From NCBI GenBank assembly GCA_035543495.1, contig DATKJT010000045.1, positions 11,445 through 75,444 of the forward strand: a DNA stretch of 64,000 nt, written 5' to 3'. Source of the DNA: Rhizomicrobium sp. GTDB taxonomy: Bacteria > Pseudomonadota > Alphaproteobacteria > Micropepsales > Micropepsaceae. The position numbers were made by a program, and so were the translations under genes. Shown here one piece after another: positions 59,845 through 64,000 of the stretch; within the stretch, counting starts at the first letter, position 1, and the number at the start of each line of letters is the position of its first letter. A model generated the notes under the pieces. It ran no database searches. It saw only the letters and a list, made by a program, of their open reading frames with translations, and was not told the DNA's origin.

Positions 59845-60573
59845 TCAGGTGGACGGTGGGAGATCGGCAAGAAACCGTTCCGCATCTGTCACGGCATCGG
59901 GCCGGTCGATATGCATCCAGATCCCATCGAGCCGAATGCCGAACAGCCGGCCTTTCTCCATTGCCTTGTCCCAAAGCGGATTGATGGAGAAACGCCCCAG
60001 CGGCGCGCCATCGAACAGGCGAGGGTGCAATATCTGTACGCCTATCCACACGAACGGCGCCACGCGATGCTCCGGCACGCGTGTCAACCGTCCACCCGCA
60101 TCCATCATGAAATCGCCGCGCCCTTCGTAGCAACGCGCATTTACCGTCGGCGCCACCAACATCAGCGAATCCATCGTGTCCGGATTCCAGCGCGCCTTCA
60201 TACGCTCCAGCGCGCTGCTGGCCCCTTCCACCCAGACCGAGTCGGAATTGTGCGTGAAGAACGGCTGGCCCTCGAACAGATCCAGGACTTTCGCGATCCC
60301 GCCGCCGGAATCCAAAAGCGCCTCGCTCTCATCCGAGATGACGATCTTCACATCCTTCCGGTTCGCCAGATGCGCGCGAAGCATTTCGGCATGATGATGA
60401 ATGTTGACCACGATCGTCTTCACGCCGGCTTTCACCAGCCGGTCGATCGCATGGTCGATCAGCGCCTTGCCGCGAACCTTCACCAGCGGTTTCGGCCTGT
60501 CGTTGGTCAGCGGGCGCATCCGCGTCCCCAACCCGGCGGCCATGATCATCGCGCGTGTGATCGGCTTGGTCAT
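59845..60573 (-). CDS. murU: MurNAc-alpha-1-P uridylyltransferase
   Basis: AAGLGTRMRPLT..PKPL; follows amgK. Confidence 0.85.
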   Translation of the reverse strand: MTKPITRAMIMAAGLGTRMRPLTNDRPKPLVKVRGKALIDHAIDRLVKAGVKTIVVNIHHHAEMLRAHLANRKDVKIVISDESEALLDSGGGIAKVLDLFEGQPFFTHNSDSVWVEGASSALERMKARWNPDTMDSLMLVAPTVNARCYEGRGDFMMDAGGRLTRVPEHRVAPFVWIGVQILHPRLFDGAPLGRFSINPLWDKAMEKGRLFGIRLDGIWMHIDRPDAVTDAERFLADLPPST

Positions 60574-61685
60574 CAGGCAGCCACTCCTGCGATGCGTCCC
60601 TCACGCGCGGATTGCGGCAGAACGCGTTCATACCAGTTCTTCAATGGCGCCAATGACGGATGCTCCAGATCGTGCCGCAGATAACCCCATACCCGCGGCA
60701 GGTAACCCAGATAGCGCGGCTTGCCATCGCGCACCTGCAGCCGCGCAAATATGCCCGCGATCTTCGCATTGCGCTGCGCGGCCATCACGGCAAAGACACT
60801 GCGAAACCGCGCCTCGTCCACCGCCATCCCCTGTTCGCGCATCGCGGCAAGATAATGCGCAAGCGTCGCTTCCGCCAATTCCGGCTCCACGTCCCGCCGC
60901 GCATCTTCGAGAAGCGATACAAGGTCGTAAGCCTTGGATCCCGCCACGGCGTCCTGAAAGTCGATCAATCCCACGCGTGCAATCCCGCTACGGTCCGGCA
61001 ACCACAAAAGATTCTGCGCGTGGTAGTCGCGATGTACGAACGCCGGTGCGGCCTCGTTGGCATCCGAAAGAAGTTTCTGCCACAGCGCACGATGCTCCGC
61101 CGTCTCCTCCGCCGTCGCCTTCCGGCCCAACACCAAAGGCAGATACCATTCCGTCAGCAATCCGGTCTCCGCCAGCATCGCCGTCTCGTCATAAGGATAA
61201 AGCGAAACCTGCGGAGAAATTTGGGCAGGTGCGGGATGGGTGTGCAATGTCGCAAGGGCCTCCACAGCCGCCGCATAAAGCTCGCGCTCGTTTCCGCCAC
61301 CGGCCAGGATGTCCGCATACAACCGGTCGCCGAAATCTTCCAACAAAACGAATCCGTTTTCGCAATCCGCCGCGTAGATTTGCGGCGCACTCAGTCCGCG
61401 CCCGCGCAGATATTCCGAAACCGCCACGAACCTGCCGCAATCCGCTCCCGCCAACCGCGCAACGGCGTTGTAACCCAGCGCGTGACGTTCTTCGGGCGAG
61501 GCGTCCGCAGGCGCAGATGGCGTCTCGGCATGTTGCGGCTGATCCATCAACATCGCGTGCCGCCCTTTGGACGCCACCCGGAAATAACGCCGCGTGGACG
61601 CATCTCCCGGCAGCGCGTGCACTTCCGCGTCCGCCCACCCCGCGTCCCGCAGGAAAGCCATCATCGCATCGTGACGATCAGACAT
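60573..61685 (-). CDS. amgK: Anomeric MurNAc/GlcNAc kinase (APH family)
   Basis: GDASTRRYFR, LLEDFGD, HRDYHAQNL, IDFQDA, YDLVSLLED. Confidence 0.88.
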   Translation of the reverse strand: MSDRHDAMMAFLRDAGWADAEVHALPGDASTRRYFRVASKGRHAMLMDQPQHAETPSAPADASPEERHALGYNAVARLAGADCGRFVAVSEYLRGRGLSAPQIYAADCENGFVLLEDFGDRLYADILAGGGNERELYAAAVEALATLHTHPAPAQISPQVSLYPYDETAMLAETGLLTEWYLPLVLGRKATAEETAEHRALWQKLLSDANEAAPAFVHRDYHAQNLLWLPDRSGIARVGLIDFQDAVAGSKAYDLVSLLEDARRDVEPELAEATLAHYLAAMREQGMAVDEARFRSVFAVMAAQRNAKIAGIFARLQVRDGKPRYLGYLPRVWGYLRHDLEHPSLAPLKNWYERVLPQSAREGRIAGVAA

Positions 61686-62157
61686 GTTGTTTTTCTTCTG
61701 CCAAAAACTGCTTCCAATATACGTCGCCAGAAACCGTCGCCGATCGGCCACTCGCATCCATCGTCAGCGCCACGTTCAGCGCGTCGTCGGGCAGCCGTCC
61801 GCCCGCGCGTTCCGGCCATTCGACCAGAACGATGCCCTGATCCAGCGCATCGTCGAAGCCAAGTTCGTCGAGTTCGCGCGCCGCCTCCACCCGATAGAGA
61901 TCGAAGTGGAACACAGTCCCCTTCGCCGTCTCGTAGGATTGGACCAGCGTGAAGGTCGGGCTCGGCACGTGTTCGCTCACTCCGAGCGCCCGCAGGATGG
62001 CGCGCGCCAGCGTTGTCTTGCCTGCGCCCAGATCGCCTTTCAGCGCAATGCTGTGGCCTGCGCGCAATCCTGCGGCAATCCGCGCGGCCAGCGCGTCGGT
62101 CGCGGCAAGGTCGGGGAGGGGAAAGGACCTGCGGAATCCTTCGATTCTGTCTGCCAT
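61678..62157 (-). CDS. tsaE: t6A biosynthesis ATPase TsaE
   Basis: GDLGAGKTT, VPSPTFTLVQSY, HFDLYR, VEWPE. Confidence 0.96.
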   Translation of the reverse strand: MADRIEGFRRSFPLPDLAATDALAARIAAGLRAGHSIALKGDLGAGKTTLARAILRALGVSEHVPSPTFTLVQSYETAKGTVFHFDLYRVEAARELDELGFDDALDQGIVLVEWPERAGGRLPDDALNVALTMDASGRSATVSGDVYWKQFLAEEKQHV

Positions 62158-62271
62158 AACAGCGTTTTAGCGCGTGCCGTCCGCCGCCACAAAGCGGCTT
62201 CGGGCTGATTGCGCGAAAGGCGGCAAACGTGATACCGCCGCAAGGGCTTACCCCAGCAAAACCGGGCGGAA

Positions 62272-63480
62272 ATGTCGGAACGGATAGTCATCATCGGCGC
62301 AGGCCAGGCCGGTGCCCAGGCGGTTGCGAGCCTCAGGGCAGACGGGTTCACGGGCGCCATCACCATGGTCGGCGACGAGCCTTTTCTGCCCTATCAGCGC
62401 CCGCCGCTGTCCAAGGCTTATCTGCAAGGCAAGCTCGAACGCGAGCGCCTGTTCCTGAAGCCGCAAAATTTCTACGCCGAGTCGAAAGTCGAACTCATCC
62501 TCGGCACCCCCGCTGCCCGGATCGACCGGACGAAGAAGCAGGTCACGCTCACCGACGGCCGTGTTCTGTCCTACGACAAACTGCTGATCGCCACCGGCAC
62601 GCGCGTCCGCCCCATTCTGGTGCCGAACGCTGGTCTGAACGGGATCTACTATCTTCGGACTATTGCGGACGTCGATGCGTTGCGGGAAGTTTTCCAGCCC
62701 GGAAAACGCCTGGCAATTGTCGGCGGCGGTTATATCGGTCTGGAAGTTGCAGCAGTTGCGGTGAAGCATGGCCTCGACGTCACTGTGTTCGAAGCGTTGG
62801 ACCGATTGATGCAGCGCGCTGTTTCGCCAACCGTATCGAAATTCTACGAGGATGTTCATCGCGCGGCTGGCGTGAAAATCCTTTTCAACACGGCCATTGA
62901 AAAATTCGAAGGCGAAAAAACGCTGGAAGGCGTCACCGCCGGCGGGAAAACCTGGCCCGCCGATTTCGCACTTGTCGGCATCGGTGTCGTGCCGAATGCC
63001 GAACTGGCAAAGGACGCCGGTCTCGCCGTCGACAACGGTATCGTGGTGGACAATTGCGCACGCACCGAAGACCCATTCGTCTTCGCCGCCGGCGATTGTA
63101 CCTGGCATCCGGGCCGCGAAGGCGTGTTCCTGCGTCTGGAAAGCGTTCAAAACGCCATCGATCAGGCCAAGCATGCGGCGCTGGCCATGGTCGGCAAGCC
63201 CGCGCCTTACTCCGAAGTACCGTGGTTCTGGTCCGACCAATACGACCTGAAACTGCAGATCGCGGGCCTCGGCCGCCCCACAGATCAACACGTGCTGCGG
63301 GGCGATCCGGCGGCGCGCAAATTCGCGGTCTTCCACCTGCGCGATGGCAAGGTCGCCGCCGTGGAAGCCATCAATGCCGCGCCCGAATACCTCGTGGGCC
63401 GCAAGCTGATTGCCGAGGGCAAGCCCATCGACGCCGAAAAGCTTGCCGATCTTTCCATTCCCATGAAGAACATGGCTTAA
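62272..63480 (+). CDS. NAD(P)H ferredoxin reductase (putidaredoxin reductase-like)
   Basis: [43 protein letters not shown]. Confidence 0.93.
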   Translation: MSERIVIIGAGQAGAQAVASLRADGFTGAITMVGDEPFLPYQRPPLSKAYLQGKLERERLFLKPQNFYAESKVELILGTPAARIDRTKKQVTLTDGRVLSYDKLLIATGTRVRPILVPNAGLNGIYYLRTIADVDALREVFQPGKRLAIVGGGYIGLEVAAVAVKHGLDVTVFEALDRLMQRAVSPTVSKFYEDVHRAAGVKILFNTAIEKFEGEKTLEGVTAGGKTWPADFALVGIGVVPNAELAKDAGLAVDNGIVVDNCARTEDPFVFAAGDCTWHPGREGVFLRLESVQNAIDQAKHAALAMVGKPAPYSEVPWFWSDQYDLKLQIAGLGRPTDQHVLRGDPAARKFAVFHLRDGKVAAVEAINAAPEYLVGRKLIAEGKPIDAEKLADLSIPMKNMA

Positions 63481-63502
63481 TTACCGGTACGAAGGAGCTT
63501 CC

Positions 63503-63823
63503 ATGCCCAAGATCAAATATGTCGACCACACCGGAAAAGACCGCGAGATAGACGTCCCTGTCGGCTGGTCCGTGATGGAGGGTGCGGTGAAGAACCTCGT
63601 GCCCGGTATCGATGCCGATTGCGGCGGGGCCTGCGCCTGCGCCACCTGCCACGTCTATGTCGATCCGGCATGGATCGAAAAGATTCCGCCCAAGTCCGAT
63701 ATGGAAGAAACCATGCTGGACTTCGCGCAGGATCTCGAACCGACGAGCCGTCTTTCCTGCCAGATCAAGGTGACGCACGAACTCGACGGTCTCGTCGTCC
63801 GCACGCCCAAGAGCCAACACTAG
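63503..63823 (+). CDS. 2Fe-2S ferredoxin (putidaredoxin/adrenodoxin-like)
   Basis: [11 protein letters not shown] and SRLSCQ. Confidence 0.95.
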   Translation: MPKIKYVDHTGKDREIDVPVGWSVMEGAVKNLVPGIDADCGGACACATCHVYVDPAWIEKIPPKSDMEETMLDFAQDLEPTSRLSCQIKVTHELDGLVVRTPKSQH

Positions 63824-63826
63824 AGC

Positions 63827-64000
63827 TTATTCAGCCGCGTGAATTTCCCGGTCGTCCGGCGCCCCGTCATGTACGCGGCGCGGGATGTGGCACCGCACGA
63901 CCGTTCCCTGTTCGGCTTGGCTGTCGATCTCGACCCAGCCGTCGTGCAGTTCGATAAATCGGTTCACCAGCGCAAGGCCAAGCCCTGCGCCCGCGCGTTG
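63827..64000 (-). CDS. Histidine kinase C-terminus (HATPase_c, DivL-like), runs off window edge
   Basis: Hand translation: QRAGAGLGLALVNRFIELHDGWVEIDSQAEQGTVVRCHIP...AAE*; G2 box present. Confidence 0.85.
   Translation of the reverse strand, partial: QRAGAGLGLALVNRFIELHDGWVEIDSQAEQGTVVRCHIPRRVHDGAPDDREIHAAE

Noticed and set aside
53993-60684. 984-aa and 1279-aa + strand ORFs
   Set aside because: Exact antisense shadows of addA/addB/murU; no recognisable domains

Overview
GC-rich alphaproteobacterial chromosome segment. PodJ, a TipF-like EAL protein, a CtrA box, HAD-MaoC-ribF synteny and the tsaE-amgK-murU-addB-addA-trxA block support this; a Micropepsales/Rhizomicrobium-like host is only an inference. 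It is mostly housekeeping and acyl-CoA catabolism: lutABC, gcdH, CoA-transferase, thiolase, hot-dog enzymes, Lhr-PdeM, two vapBC modules, tRNA-Pro(CGG) and AddAB. No CRISPR array, transposase, integrase or intact prophage was seen. Highlights: (1) Six copies of a modular 60-160 bp palindromic repeat with CCTCCCC/GGGGAGG terminal hairpins. Copies fill convergent intergenic gaps, bracket a tetR gene and supply a ribosome-binding site. One is translated in frame inside a signal peptide and another inside a small ORF that then reads antisense through trxA. (2) A three-way-junction RNA ending in U7 behind ompW. (3) A perfect NikR operator (GTATGA-N16-TCATAC) in front of a TonB-dependent receptor divergent from nikR. 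(4) An FNR/FixK-boxed USP-SDR-cytochrome c-PfkB-OmpW cluster, back-to-back with a CtrA-boxed tipF-like gene. (5) A tightly linked FAD monooxygenase / epoxide hydrolase / ABA4-like / acyltransferase cassette that may be an undescribed lipid-epoxide tailoring pathway. All calls come from motif recognition by eye; no database search was run.
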